Position numbers and translations under genes: made by a program. From Raillietiella orientalis (taxonomy: Eukaryota): a DNA stretch of 64,000 bases. Location of the stretch: positions 248,001 to 312,000 of the forward strand of contig JAYWIR010000069.1 of the NCBI GenBank assembly GCA_036172245.1. Reading direction: 5' to 3'. This document shows, piece by piece, positions 1 through 12,820 of the stretch; position 1 is the stretch's first letter; every line of letters starts with the position of its first letter. The notes below the pieces were generated by a model, which saw only the letters and a list, made by a program, of their open reading frames with translations, had not been told where the DNA came from and did no database searches.

Positions 1-579
1 CTCCATCCCGAGTCCGCACCTACCAGGAGCTGGCACGCTTCTAGGAATTGATGATGGTGACGCAAGGGTAGCGGGAAAATGTGACCAGGAGACCTTGGGG
101 GAAGCTCACCGAGGTCCACTAGCTGGCACACGAGAAGTCGGAGCCGCCGCCTCTGCTATCACCCGGATGGGGTGAGGGGGAGCCCCGGTCTTCTCCCCCG
201 GGAAGGCAAACTGTAAGTGGACACCCCGAGGGTCACGTCAACCGAAAAGGGCGCTACCAGGAGCGTCATGCGACGCCCCCAGGCCACTGAAGCTCCCACG
301 GAACCTCAGCACTGCGCAGGATCCGTCGACCCCAGAGCGAGAGGTGCAGACTGCAATGGTCCTCTGGCCAGTTCCGCTCCCTCCGCATTCCTCCCGGGAG
401 CAGAGGGTGCGCGTACAGCCGAAGACGGGTATTCTCGCCAAGATCCTTTCTGGACAAAAGGTGTCCCAGAGAAAAGCGACTGGGGTGCATCGAAGCAATA
501 ATGGAGAAGTTTCGGACGGTCAGCAAGGACCGCTGGTTCGTCGGCGGGGCGGGTGGATGGATGGGTGCCGCCGGGCATT

Positions 580-747
580 GCCACGGGTAACTCCTCCTCT
601 CCTCTTTCCTGACGTCAACCTGAGGCCACGCATCCCGACGCTGCGAGACGGTCCTGGTGGCGCCGTCGAAGGACAGAGGGCAGTTGGTCCCAGGAAGCGC
701 ATGAACCGAGTAGACAGGTAGAAAAGGGAAGAAGGTGTGGACGGACA
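580..747 (+). repeat. Diverged ~165-bp direct repeat, copy 1 (copy 2 at 1309-1473)
   Basis: Collinear similarity with an identical 18-mer TGGTGGCGCCGTCGAAGG at 655-672 and 1382-1399; the minus-strand translations echo each other (TNCPLSFDGAT vs TNCSLPFDGAT). Confidence 0.75.
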
Positions 748-1308
748 CTAGGAGGGTCTGCAGGAGGAATTGCTTCCTCTCCAGGATCTCCACGCGGCTC
801 TGCTCCTCTGCCGAAGACGCGAGGGACCTTCCTGAATGACCGGAGCCCCCACGCTAGCGAGTCCTCCTGTGCGCCCAGCATCCCTACTACTCGCCGAGCG
901 GACCTCGTCTCGTCGTATTCCGTCCTGCCAGTCGGAACGCGCCAATACGGAGTGAATTTTCGCATCCAGAGGGGAGGAGGTCGCGTCGCTCGACGCCGAG
1001 CGTTGTCCGAGGGAACCCGCCCACCCGCGACAGGAGCCGAGGGTCGGCAGCCAACTGAACTTTTAGAACACCGGGGACGACGCACCGCGAGTGGGAGGCG
1101 GATGACTTTCGCGACCCGACCCGCCCACCCCTACGCGTCAATGAGGGACAATGTCCAATCGCCACTCTGCTCCTGGGATCTTCGGGGGTCACTGGGTCAC
1201 AGGAAGAATTTTAGAAAAGAAGGGAGTTGTCTTCCTCGCAGCTTGGCATCCTGGCTTGTTGCCGACCCTGCATATGAATCCTCAGCTCCAGTCGCGCGTG
1301 GGTGGGTC

Positions 1309-1473
1309 GCCTCAGGCAACGCCTCCTCCTCCTTCCCAATGTCAACCTCCTGCCGCGCATCCCAACATAGTCGGGCGGCCATGGTGGCGCCGTCGAAGGG
1401 TAGAGAGCAGTTCGTCTTAGAAAGCGCGCGCGCTGAGTGGATGGGCAGAAAGGGCAGTGGGCGTGGACGGACG
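1309..1473 (+). repeat. Diverged ~165-bp direct repeat, copy 2
   Basis: See copy 1 at 580-747. Confidence 0.75.
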
Positions 1474-1979
1474 CCGACCTCCGCTTGCGTGCCGCGCGGC
1501 GATCGCTCTCTCTTGGACCGAGGCAGCGCGGGGCGGTGCTGCGGCAGAGGAATCAGGAGATTGGATGGTCTCCCGGAAAGAACTCGCTTTTCCCGGTGCA
1601 GAAGAGCGCCTGATGGCTTGCTGATCATTCCCAGAGAGCTCTGGAGCGTTTCCTCCCGTTCTCTGGCTGCGAGCTTCTGCCGTGGGGCGGTACGTGTTCG
1701 GTAGGACCTCCCGAAAAGAGAAGTAAGAGCGGTGGTGTCCAGGAAGAGAAGAGGACTCTTTGGAAGAGAAGAACCCGCTTCTGTCCGCCTGGATGGAAGT
1801 CCTTGCAGGCAGCCCCCGAGCAGCGTGACTGGGAATGATTCCTTCAGAAGCCGCCCTGTTGGTTACTTGGTCGCTATCCTTCTGTTCCTTAGCAAAGGCT
1901 GCTCCTGTGTACTCTTTTTCCGTGTTGCAAGAGCGGTGACCTCTCCCTGACTGCTGCATTCAGTTTCCAGACCTCTCTC

Positions 1980-2490
1980 ATCATCTCCGATGAACTAAGA
2001 ACTGCCAGCATCCTCCTGGATGAAGTAGAAGTGTCGAGCATTCTTTTCGACAAACTGAGGGATTCGTCATCCTCCTGAACGAACTAAAAACTGCCAAAAT
2101 CCTCTTGGATCAAACTAGAGACACTCAGCATCCTCCTGAACAAAGTAGGAGCTTACATCATCCTGAACGAACGAGGGGTCCTTAGCATCCTTTTAGACAG
2201 AATGGGGACCGACAGCATCTTCCTACAAATTTGAACTACCAGCATCCTCCTAGATCAAACTAGGGATGTCGAGCATCCTCTTCGACGAATCTTGGAGATT
2301 CGTCATCTCCCTGGACGAACAAGGGGTTCCCAGCATCCTCCTGGACAAAATAGGAACTGCTAGCATCCTGTTGGATCAAACTAGGAGTGTTGAGCATTCT
2401 CTTCGACGAAATGAGGGTCCCCAGCATCCTCTTGGAGGAACTGGAGTGATGCATCCCCCTCCTGGACGAACCAGGGACTCTGAGCACCCT
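1980..2490 (+). repeat. Degenerate ~30-bp minisatellite array A (about 17 units)
   Basis: Recurrent unit approximating AGCATCCTCCTGGACGAACTAGGGRCTYCY at ~30-bp spacing. Confidence 0.9.
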
Positions 2491-5400
2491 CACAGACTTT
2501 TTTCCTCCCTTCCTGGGCAAAAATCACCCTTCTTTTCAGATGCTCTCGACAGTCACGGAAAAGGTACTCCCTTCCTTGCTGATCTCTTTGATCGGCGATG
2601 CCCGGGAACAACTCTTGTGTGATCCAGAAACTGCCAGAGCGCGCGTGGCTGCTCTCGCAGCCACATCCACTGAGACGCTTCCACAGCCAGCATTGATTTG
2701 GAGATGATTTCCTGAATATCGCCACGCGCTAGCTGTGCTCATGGAACATTCTTCCGTGTTCCTCCTCCTTCCCGTTTGGTTTCCTCTCGCGTCAGGACGC
2801 GAGATCTCATCTTCTCAAAACCGAACCCGCCATCTCATTTTACTTCTTTGCTGGAACATTCTGATCCTCTTGAGGTTCCTGGAAATCCGGTCTCTGGCGA
2901 GGAGGAGTTGGAACAAGATAGGGAAAGTCAGTGGTGACGGTGGTGGCTTTTCATCCCGTCCGCTCAGCCCCTTCATCCCCCTTGATTCTCGAGGATGGCG
3001 GAAGGACACAGCGCACACAGCGAGAGGAAGTCCCAGTTTCCGATGATTCGAGGTGTCCGGAAGGAGGGACAGCAACGCAGCGAATGACCAAAAGGTGGAG
3101 TCAACAAGAATGACGGCCGCCGTCGTCGACTTTTACTCTGGGGACGAAGCAGGTGGAGAGTAGGTCCGGCTGTCTCTGCGTCAGGCGTGCAGCGACGCTT
3201 CCGGTGGCCATCTTTCCTCTTCGGCCCACCCACTTCTTGGCCTCTTGCGGATCGGTTAAACCTTCCTGCCACGACACCACAGTCTCCAGGATACGCGCTG
3301 GTCTCCCGGTTGGGGGAGGAATCATGGTGAGCAGGGAGCTTTGTCCGACGCACCTCGTCTTCCGCCGATCTCGACCCACACGAGCACAACGAACCCTGGA
3401 ACCGGATCAGCCCACCAAAGTCTGGGGAAAACCCCTGAAGGAAGTGACGACTCCCTCCCGAAGTTCACGGTTGCATTTCGCCCGCAGGTTGTTCGAAGGG
3501 AGCCACCCTGCGGGGAGCGCGCTCGTTCCCTTCTGCTTTCCACTACCGAACAAGGAACTTCCCGTTCCTGGATCCGGCTTTTGGACTCTCGATGCCGGAG
3601 GTGTAAAATCTCCTCAATGCCACCGTCTGAATAGTTTCCATGGTAGAGGGCAGACAGATACTCCCTCGAAGAGAAGCGATCGCGCCAAGCAGTCCTTTGA
3701 CAGCCAGCAGAGGGCCGCGAGAAGATGCAGCCTCCGACATCCAGCAGCGCGAGCATCTTCCCTTTTCCGAAAATCCGTCGCCTGAGATTTCGGCCGTTCT
3801 GCCTTGGGTTCCTGGGGCAGCAGATGGCCCGCAGGATGACTCGGCGTCTTAGACGGGTCAAGTGGGAATCATGTACCCCAGTGCGGCGGACAGGGACTGC
3901 GTTGCAGTGGAAGACAATGCGCTGGAACCCATCGCAGTCGAATCTGGGATGCGTCCTGCGTAACGGCATCTTGCCAAGATGACGCGCAGGCAGCGCAGGG
4001 ACGCAGGGTCTTGTTTGCCACGGAAACGATCAAAAGCTGATCTTCGACTTTTTATCCCTTGTTGTTCTTGTTGTCTCCGAACGGGGACTTTACGAGGACA
4101 CAGGGAACAAGTGTCCGGAAAATTGAAAATTCCTGGAAAAACCAAGCAACCATGAGGAGCCTGAACGTTTCCGTGAGGGTCAAGAAGCCACAAATGCAGA
4201 CACTTGCGACCTCTTGTGGTTTCTGCTTCCGATCGGAGATGGCGCTGTTCCTCCCCAAGGATACTGCGGGCGCACATCGGCCTCCACTTTGTTAGTAGTG
4301 GCGGATGCGCACGGATAGGCGGAGCTCACGAAAAAAAAAAGCCAAAAAAAAAAAGAAACGGACCGTTCCCGGGGTTTGGTGGCAGAAATCTGAACCATAT
4401 TCTCAGCGAGAAAGACAACAAAAACGCGAAACAGGCGGCGGCTCTTGGGAGTCCTCAGATTCCCGAGTCAAGAGGGCAGCTTATGGCAAAGCTGGATGAA
4501 TGTGCATCTCGCGCTTTATGGCAGAATAAAGGAAGAGGATGATCTCCCTAATCATGAAGCTGAAGGGTTTTTGGAGGGCGTGCTTCTGAAAGCGTCGGGG
4601 AAAGCAGCGGCATTCTCTGCAGTGCCATCTGCAAGCCGCTTTTGCAACCAAAACACGCCTGGCGGAACGATGAAACCATTAAAACTTCTAAACCTCTAAG
4701 CACTCGGCTGTCCGGCTTCAGTACCATCATCCTGGACCCCTTCCTTCTTCCTCGTTTCCATGGCATCCTGGAAGATCCCACGTCACCACCGGAAAGCAAA
4801 GACATTCCCAGCCGGGACAGGTCAGCAAGGAAACGCCTCGAAAGGAAGGCGCCTTGCCATGTGAGCAGTTTTTAATTTCGCAGCGGAAAATCTCCCCAAC
4901 AGTTTCATGGGGAGCAGCGGCGTCCACGACGGCCTCCCTTCGGCACCCGCGAGAGAGCCATAATTTGCCCCCCCCCCCCCCCCTTCCCCCCAGAACCACA
5001 CGCAGAGAATTCGACGTAGAGGGAATGGCGGAGCAAGACCGAAAGTTCGACCCGTGTTCTCGGACGGAAGACGCTGGCCTACGTGACCGAGAGGCAGTCT
5101 TTGGTCCTTCCTGTAGTTGTTAGTGAGATCGCGTCCCTCGAAGGCTGCAGAGAACGCCAGGCACGGGTTTGGAGGGCAGACCTCTTCGGTGTTGGAGTAG
5201 CAGCAAAGGAGGAAACCGAATAGGCGCCTCATTCCCGAGAACACAAGATCCGCCTTGGCGGCCGGGTGGCTGCGGTCTCCCCACGACGCCGACAACAGGG
5301 AGTGCATAGTGAGTTTCGAGTCGCCCTCCCTCCCCCCCCCCCCGCAAAGATGGCGCTGTTGGATCCCTTCGGGTGTGGCACCAATGGAAACCGGATGCCT

Positions 5401-7829
5401 TTCACCCGCACAGAAAGCAACAGTGGCAGCAGGAGGCCTGCGAAGGAGCACGCAAAGAGACCTCAGAGAGTGCACGTCGCACATGTGGGCGTGGACCCCC
5501 TACTTGGAAACCCGTGTGGCCTCTCCTCTGCCTACTGACACTCCCCGAAAGCAGCCGGTAGGATTTCTGCACCCCTCGACCCCACCAGCCTGCTGTTTCC
5601 CGAGTAAAGAGTGACCTCAGATAGCGTCTCGAGGTCAGAGGAAGATCACTCATCTTTTCGGCCTCGCTCCGCTTCCTCCGCGCGCGGTTCGGGGGCGCTC
5701 CTAATCCTCGCCCTCTGGCGGGTCCCGAAGGGGCCGCCGTCGTGGGAGCCGCTGCACCCCAGCGCGAAAGCCAGCAGCTCTTCCCGTCGCACAAGGACGC
5801 CCCAATCCATGGGCCCCCGGAGGAGACCATGGATTCGGAGAGTCCGAGAGCCTCGGCAGCAGCCCAGATCGCCCAAGGATGGAGAAAAGATGGGAGGTCT
5901 TCTGCACTGACCCCCACCAACCCCAGCACACAGACTTGCCAACCTTCCCTTTTCCCCCCTCTCCTCCCTCCCTCCTGGCCAGCGGACGCCCGCAGCACCG
6001 GTTCAGCACCCACAGACCCCAACCCATGCATCCTGCTGCGCCCTGAGGGCCGCAGTCCTAACTGCGCGACCCCGCGCAGGAGGAGGAGACCCGAGCGGTC
6101 GCGAGTCTCCCCCGCTGAAGGCGGACCAGCGTGTCGGTCGCAGAGCAGTAGATCAAGTAGTAAGGGGGGAGGGGTCACGCGACTTCTCGCTCTGGGCAAA
6201 CCGGACGGCGTGCGCGTTTTGGTGCAGCGATCATCAACCCAAACCAAGAGGATCATCGCAGTAATATAGGTAGTGATAAAAAATTGGGATATCAGGAGAA
6301 AGAAGGGAGGGGAGGAAGAGGAAAGAAGGAGAAGGAAGAGAGGTGGACCTAGTGCCTCGTGGGGCCTCTGCGGGTCGCAACTCCCATTCGCCTCACTGCA
6401 ATCTTGCTTGCCACGGTATCCAGGCAACGGAAGCAAGCGATGCGCTTTCGGGTGGGGTCGCACAGAGGCGGTGGTCTCCGCATGCACGTGAAAAACCACC
6501 ACCTTCACGTGTGGGAGCGGTTGCCGCTACGCCATACGGAGGCGAACACCCTGTGGTCCAAGGAGAGGACGCTTTCTGGACGACGACAAAGGAGCATCCG
6601 AGCAGCTCGTGGAATCGAGATCGAGGGCAGAGACTGACCTGGGTCAAAGCAGAAGCATTCCGCCCTCTCCCACGGACTTCCAAATCCGCAGCGAGTGGGA
6701 GTGAGGAAAGCGACTTTCGGATTGCCTGGATACGAGCGGCTAACCCCGTAGAAAAGTGCCTCGAGCCCGTACCGGCCTTCTGATGCAGGGACAGAGGTCG
6801 TCGCCCCATCACCGAAGCCGCTGCTCCGCCGTGGGAGGGGGGATTCCAGAACCACCACTTCCCTTCGCACCTCGCCCGCCCCGCGGCACCTTTCCTTCCC
6901 GCCGTATGCAGACAACGGACGCTATCGGGTGAGTGAGCCCAGCGGCCTGCGAGGTGCTCTAGAGGGCGGGGTGATCCCTCCCTTCCCATGAGTGAAATTT
7001 GAGGGCTTTCCGAGAGACTCCTGCCGTCCAGTCCCAAGGAGACCTATAGGAGAAGACCTGGGAACCCTGTCTGGTCATCTTCTCCCGAGAACCGACGCAA
7101 CTGCGTACAGTGAGGATGACCCGGAAGGGCGGGTCACCCGTAGAATTCGCCCTAGCGTGTCATTCCAAAGGGGAGATGGAGGGAAGAGGAAGGCGGGGAT
7201 CTCGAAAAAAAAAAAGCCCCACGGTCTCTGCGGCGCAGGGATGCTCGCCACGGCGCCCATGGCAGCGCGTGAGCGTCCCCGGAAGCTGCCGTCCCGCCTC
7301 GCCCAAGGAAGAGTCTCTTCGGGAGCGTTCCTGTGGGCGGCGAAAGCCCCGGATAAACCCAGCTTCCCTCTTGCTCTCACCAGGTCGATGCCACTGGGGT
7401 GCGTTTTGGAAACGAGGAAGGCGCGCGGGTCGGGCGCGAAGTCCCCATTAAGCGGCAGCTCCTCTGGGATGGGTCACCGACTCGCGGGCAATCCGTAGCA
7501 GAGGGAGTCGGGCGGCGAAGAAGGGACGGGGCAACGGGGAAGGAGGGACTGGTGGGCTCGGCTGGAGGCGGCGCCACGCGAGACGCCCTCGAGCCCCGTC
7601 GCGACTTCCTCCGCGAGGTCCCCCACGAAGGCGGGCTGCAGCGCACGGGCGGCCTCCAGCCGACGGGTCCGCGGCAGGCGCGGCGATGGCGCGCACTAGC
7701 GTCTTGCGTCGTTCCGGGGGAGATTGTTCCCTCGGGAATCCCCAGAGGATGGGAGCGCGCTTGCCGCCACCGCGCGCTCGCGACGGAGCAGCGGCGGCAC
7801 CGAGGCGCCCGAGTAAAGGGCGAAAATCT

Positions 7830-8830
7830 CCCTCGGGACTTCAGCGGGCGGAAGTGCTGGACGCCTTCGACTCTCCTGGAAGGTCCACAACGGATTCCCT
7901 GAAGTGGGCGTGGGACCCCCTCCGCGGGTCTCGTCAGCGTAGCGGCTGTGGGGGGCTGCCGGCGACCTCATGTCGGGTCAGGGTGGCCGCAGGGGTCCTC
8001 AACGGTGCCGTGGGACGCCACCAAGGCGACCGGCCCGGCTGCCCTCCGGGTCGGAGGCGTCCTCGCCGGAGGGGCAGTGCCTTGGCCCGAGGTGCACTTT
8101 GGAACCGTCAGCACCGTGCAGGTTCGATGCTCCTTCCCGCAGGGGGTGTGCAGGAGGAACCCCGGCCGGCCGGCCGCCGCTGCTTGCCCGGAGGGCGGGC
8201 AGCTGTGCGGGTGCGACCGCCAGTCCGGATCACCTCCCCGAGTCCGGGATCTTTCAGGAGGTGCAGTCCTTCCGGGACCACTCGTGGGAATCGAAGGGCC
8301 GTGGGTCTCCCTCCCCCCTTCTCGTCGTGGAGCCTGCATCGAGCCCCGGTGCCAGCTGTAGTCCGCCTTTGTGGGAGGGAGGAAGGAGGAGGAGGAGGAA
8401 GGTAGTCGCGGGGGGAAGGTTGGCAGCCTCCCCTCCCCTCCCCACCCCTACGATGAGGCCCTCAGAGGTGCGGCGCCACCTCCGCTTCCCCTCTCTCTGG
8501 GAGTCGGGAAATTTCTCCTTCAGTGACGTCACGAGGCGACGGGGGCGGAGGCGGTCGCTTGGAGGTCTCCTTGGCATCCGATTCGCGCCGCCTCCACCTG
8601 GGGGAAGGGGCAAGGAGCCGTCCTCTTCGGAAACTGCCCCGTCCCGGCCCTCGGCCGCGCCACGCCCACGCGCGAACTCGCCTCGCTGCCCCTCCGGCGG
8701 AGAGTCCCCGCCCAGCTTCTGCGCGCGCTCCCACCTCCCTCGTCCTCCTCCTCTGCTCCTCCCGTCGGTTCGAACAGCGACCAGGCCCCGTCTCCTGGCA
8801 ACCGGCCGCCGCAGCTTGCGGAAATCAACG
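7830..8830 (+). repeat. Left arm of a ~1-kb diverged inverted repeat
   Basis: Collinear reverse-complement matches to 9965-10845: ~7849-7912 vs ~10765-10826, ~8010-8065 vs ~10610-10665, and an identical 37-mer at 8786-8822 vs 9973-10009. Confidence 0.8.
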
Positions 8831-9029
8831 CGGCTGATTTATCGGAGCAGCCGGTGACAAATCGGTGACGGATTCCTCTCGTGCGCGCTCCCAGGAGCGA
8901 ACTGGCGCGTGCAGGAAGGGAGCCGGGAGAAAAAATCGGGGCGAGGAAGGAAGCAGGAGGAGAGGGAGAGGGGAGGGGGGGGGGAAGGGGAAAGCAAAAA
9001 AAAAAAAAAAAAGACAGACGCGCGCAGTG

Positions 9030-9175
9030 GACCAATTCAACACACATTGGATGAGATTAATCATCGGAAATTGCAGCGCGGAGGATTTATGATTCAATCT
9101 CGCGGGACCAAAGAGCGGCGCTTTGTTGGCGCTGACGTTTACAGATTCATAAACACGGCCGATCTCAATGAGGCG
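9030..9175. promoter_or_regulatory. Candidate distal Dbx enhancer core
   Basis: AT-richer patch in GC-rich DNA with GATTAATC, GATTTATGA, TCATAAA, CTTTGTT and CCAAT/ATTGG motifs (homeodomain, Hox-Pbx-like and HMG-type sites). Function is inferred. Confidence 0.35.
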
Positions 9176-9964
9176 CGGCCGCGCCCTCTGGCCGGCTCCT
9201 CTGCGGGAGGGCAGGCGGGCGCACTCGGCGGCAGTCCGCTCCCTCTGCGAGCATCCGTCGCGACTGATATCACCCGACGGCGCGGAGAGAGGTGGTTCCG
9301 CCCACCCCTCGAGCCCTGAGAAGGTCGCCTCGGGGAAACAGGCGGTGCGGTGACCGCACGGGGACACTGAGGTCGCCTGCCCGGAGTTCTGCCCCCTTCC
9401 ACCACATGCGTTCGCCGCAGCCGCGTGCCCAGACGGAGCCACGCGGGCAGTCCTTCGGGGCGCTCCGGTTGTCCTTGGCGACTGCACCGGGGAGTTGGCG
9501 TTCTCCGGCGGCTCTCGACAGGGATTCCTGGACTCCCTCCCGGCTCTTCGCTCCAGGAGGAGGCGGAAACCTCTAGGAGGCGCGCCCGCCTTCCCAACGG
9601 AACACCTGGAAAGCGCGGCCCGCCTGCGGCCGCCCTTGCTCCCGTGGGTGCAGGGACCCTTGCCGCGCCCCGCGTCGCGGGCGCTTCGATCCACCGGAGC
9701 AGAGCCGTCGGCGCTGCCGCAAGGAACCTCGTCGAGGGCAGCGCGGGGCGCAGTGGTCGTCGCCTGGAAGGCGCGCAAGACGGCCGAGCCGGAAGGCGGG
9801 AACCCTGCCCTCGCCTCTCAGAGACCTTACCCCTTCCCGCCTCGGGCGTTCTCCGCCGCCGCTTGCACGGACGGCGCCACCAGCAGCCATGCGGGGAGTC
9901 GGCAGCTCTTCGGCGACGTTCGGGAGGAAACCCGGGAGTCCCGGGCTCCCTCTCGTTGCCTAGG

Positions 9965-10845
9965 CTTTGATGTCCGCAAGCTGCGGCGGCCGGTTGCCAG
10001 GAGACGGGGGCCCGGCTGCACACCGGCGGCCAGGAGGGGCGGAGGAGGACAAGGACGAGGGGCGGGAGGGGTGTGCAGGAACTGGGGGAAGAAGGGCTTT
10101 CTCGGAGGACGAGGAGGCTTCCGCGAGCTATAGTGTCTGGAGGCGGGGAGTCAGGAGACGGGTCCGGCTCCTCCGCGATGTCCCCGACTCCGAGAATCGC
10201 AGGGAGGTGCCGGGGATCACAAGGAGGAGGCATGGCCTGTCCGGGCGCCCTCGCCGGCGCAGGGAACCCTCGCCGAGCTCCGCGTCGCCTCGAGGGAAGG
10301 CGGATAGGGGCAGCCTCTGGACGAAGGGCCCTCTGGGGGCAACCCGGTAACCCGGCGCAGTGCCTTCGACGCTGCCGAGAGCAACCTCGCCGGGGTCATC
10401 TCCCGGAGAGGCTGAGGAAGGAGGAGGGGTGTAAAGCAGCGCCACGCGTTCCAGAGGTTCCCTGGAGCGAGCGGCCTTGCGGTCCCTCCATCCCTCTCCG
10501 AGGGCCGGTGGACAGAGGGACACCACGGATCCGCGAGAGGCGGGATCCCCTCGTCTTGGGCGTTCGGCGATCGACAGAGGCCACAGTCACAGCTTTTGGG
10601 TCTCGCCCTCGGGGACGCCCCTGACCAGAGAGCGCCGGGTCGGTTGCCCTGTTGGTGGCCCACGTCTCCGCCAGCGTCGCCTCCGCCCCGACCCGGCGCG
10701 AGGTCGCCGGCGACGGTTCCTTTCCTCCGCTGTTGCTCTGCCGAGGCCCGTGGAGGAGGCGGCGCCGCGCCCACGTCAGGGAATTTTTCGCGGACCTTCC
10801 AGGAACGTCGGCGTCCGGCACTTCCGCGCTCGGATGCACCGAGGG
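9965..10845 (-). repeat. Right arm of the ~1-kb diverged inverted repeat
   Basis: Reverse complement is collinear with 7830-8830; the ORF track shows matching peptides (RKCWTPSTLLEGPQRIP / RKCRTPTFLEGPRKIP; PVSWQPAAAACG in both). Confidence 0.8.
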
Positions 10846-12094
10846 CGTCGTATGGCGCTTCCCGGAACTACGGGAGGTAGATCTCCGGGAGGCGCGGGAG
10901 CGGCGGCGGGAGAGGAGACGCGAGCGGCGAGCTCCAGAGGGCAGGCTCGTCCGATCGTGGGCCAGGTCTCGAGCTCAGGTAGCCACGGAGACCGAGGAGG
11001 AGGAGGAAGAGAGGCCCAAGGCGCGCCTCGCTGATTGGCGGGTCGGGTCGGATCCCCCCGGCTGCGGTCGCGCGAGGCGAAAACCACGAGGGGCTGCCTC
11101 TTCGATCCGTGCATTCGTTCGGGGCGCCGCTGCTGTGGGTCGCGCGCCATCAGAGGGGGGCAGGTCTCCTTAGTATCAGAGGGGAGTCTCCGAGAAGAAT
11201 GGGACCAACGGCGTTTGGGCTGTAGTAGGAGGGGGGGAAATGGGGGCTACAGAGTTTATTCGACAGGGGAGTAGTCGAACTGGGGCAAGCAAACAGACCG
11301 CAGTCAGGGCAGACCGATGACCTCCCGCGGATGACCGATGACTCTCGTCCGGAGGCGATCCCACGACGGTCAGCTGGAGAGAGGCTTCGGAAGTCCTCGA
11401 AGGGTCCCAAGGGCTTCATGAGGCGCCCCTGCAGTTGCAGACGGGCGCGGACGACGCCCGCGAGGGGGAAGAGGGGGGCAAAGAGACCCTCCTTCGCCGT
11501 CGCTGCGAAAGGAAACGAAGCGGAAAGTGACTCTCGAGGAGAGGTCGGGAGGAGGTCATAAATCCTCCCTCGGGGATGGAATCCGCCCGTTGCCATGCCG
11601 GCGGTGTCAGAACCAGGCTGAAGGGATTTCACGGGTTGCCGCGTGATTGCCTGTCAGGAACCGTCGCTCCGGAGTCTCCCCCAGCAATGGGAAGGGGGAG
11701 AGGAGCGGGAGGGGGAGACGGTCCAGGAGAGGGCAGGGCATCGAGCCGGCTGCTGCAGACGCGCGAGATGAATCGGCTCCTGGCTGCTCCAGACGAGATA
11801 ATTCATCTGCAAGGCAACTGCCGGATGGAGGGTGCAGGGAGGTTCGGCCTCCTCTCCTGCCCGCGAGAGGCGTGCGGGCTGTTCTTCCCCCTTCGGGGAC
11901 AGGGCGCGAGCCTCCTCCAAGACCTCGGACGCTGCGTCGTTCCTCTCTACGGGAGCGTGACGACAGCAGCCCACCAGCTTGGAAGGAGGTTGCGTAGCAG
12001 CGGGCAGGCGAGAGCGGCTGGAGGGTCTTGGAAATTTCGGGGGCGCCGCGACACCAGGTGGCCACACGCAAGGACTCCACTGGCGGGCAGGGAC

Positions 12095-12805
12095 CATCTC
12101 AATACCCCTCTGGACGAGCTGAGTGAATTCATCTTCCTCTTCGACGAAATAGGGACTTCTAGAATCTTCTTGGGTAAGTTGGGAAGTCTTAGCATTCATT
12201 TGGACGAACTGAAGGGATTCATGATCTTCCTGGACGAACCAGGGACCCTCGGTATTCTCCTGGATAACGTAGGAGCTTCTAGCATCTTCCTGGGCAAACG
12301 AGGGGCTTCTAGGATCCTCCTCGACGAAATAGTGACTTCCAGAACCCTCCTGGGTAAACCACGAAGTCTTAGAACCCTCCTAACGAACTGAAGGGGTTCA
12401 TCAACTTCCTGGACGAACTAGGGTCTCTAGAATTCTCTCAGACAAAATAAGGACTCTTAGAACCGTCTTGGATAAATTGGGGTTTTCCAGCATTTTCCTA
12501 GACGAACTACCATCCTCCTGGGTAAAGCAGGTAGTCTGAACATCCTTCTGGACAAACTGAAGTGATTCATCATTCCGCACGAACCAGGGACTTCCAGCAT
12601 GCTCCGGGACGAACTAGAGGCCCCCAGAATCCTCCTCGACGAAATAGGGTCTCCCAGAATCCTCTTGAATAAACTGGAAATTCCTAGCATCCCTCTGGAC
12701 GAACTAAAGAAATTCTTCATCAGCCTCGACGAACGAGCATCCTCCTGGAAGAACTAGGGGAACTGATCATCCTTCTGGACGAACTAGATGCCCCCAGAAT
12801 TCTCC
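12095..12805 (+). repeat. Degenerate ~30-bp minisatellite array B (about 23 units), same family and orientation as array A
   Basis: Recurrent units such as AGCATCCTCCTGGAAGAACTAGGGG and AGAATCCTCCTCGACGAAATAGGGTCTCCC. Confidence 0.9.
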
Positions 12806-12820
12806 GAGGTTGATCCCAGA

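Noticed and set aside
1980..2490. 30-bp periodic arrays as CRISPR or as a leucine-rich repeat gene
   Set aside because: Contiguous degenerate units with no unique spacers, eukaryotic context and no cas genes; indels break the reading frame.
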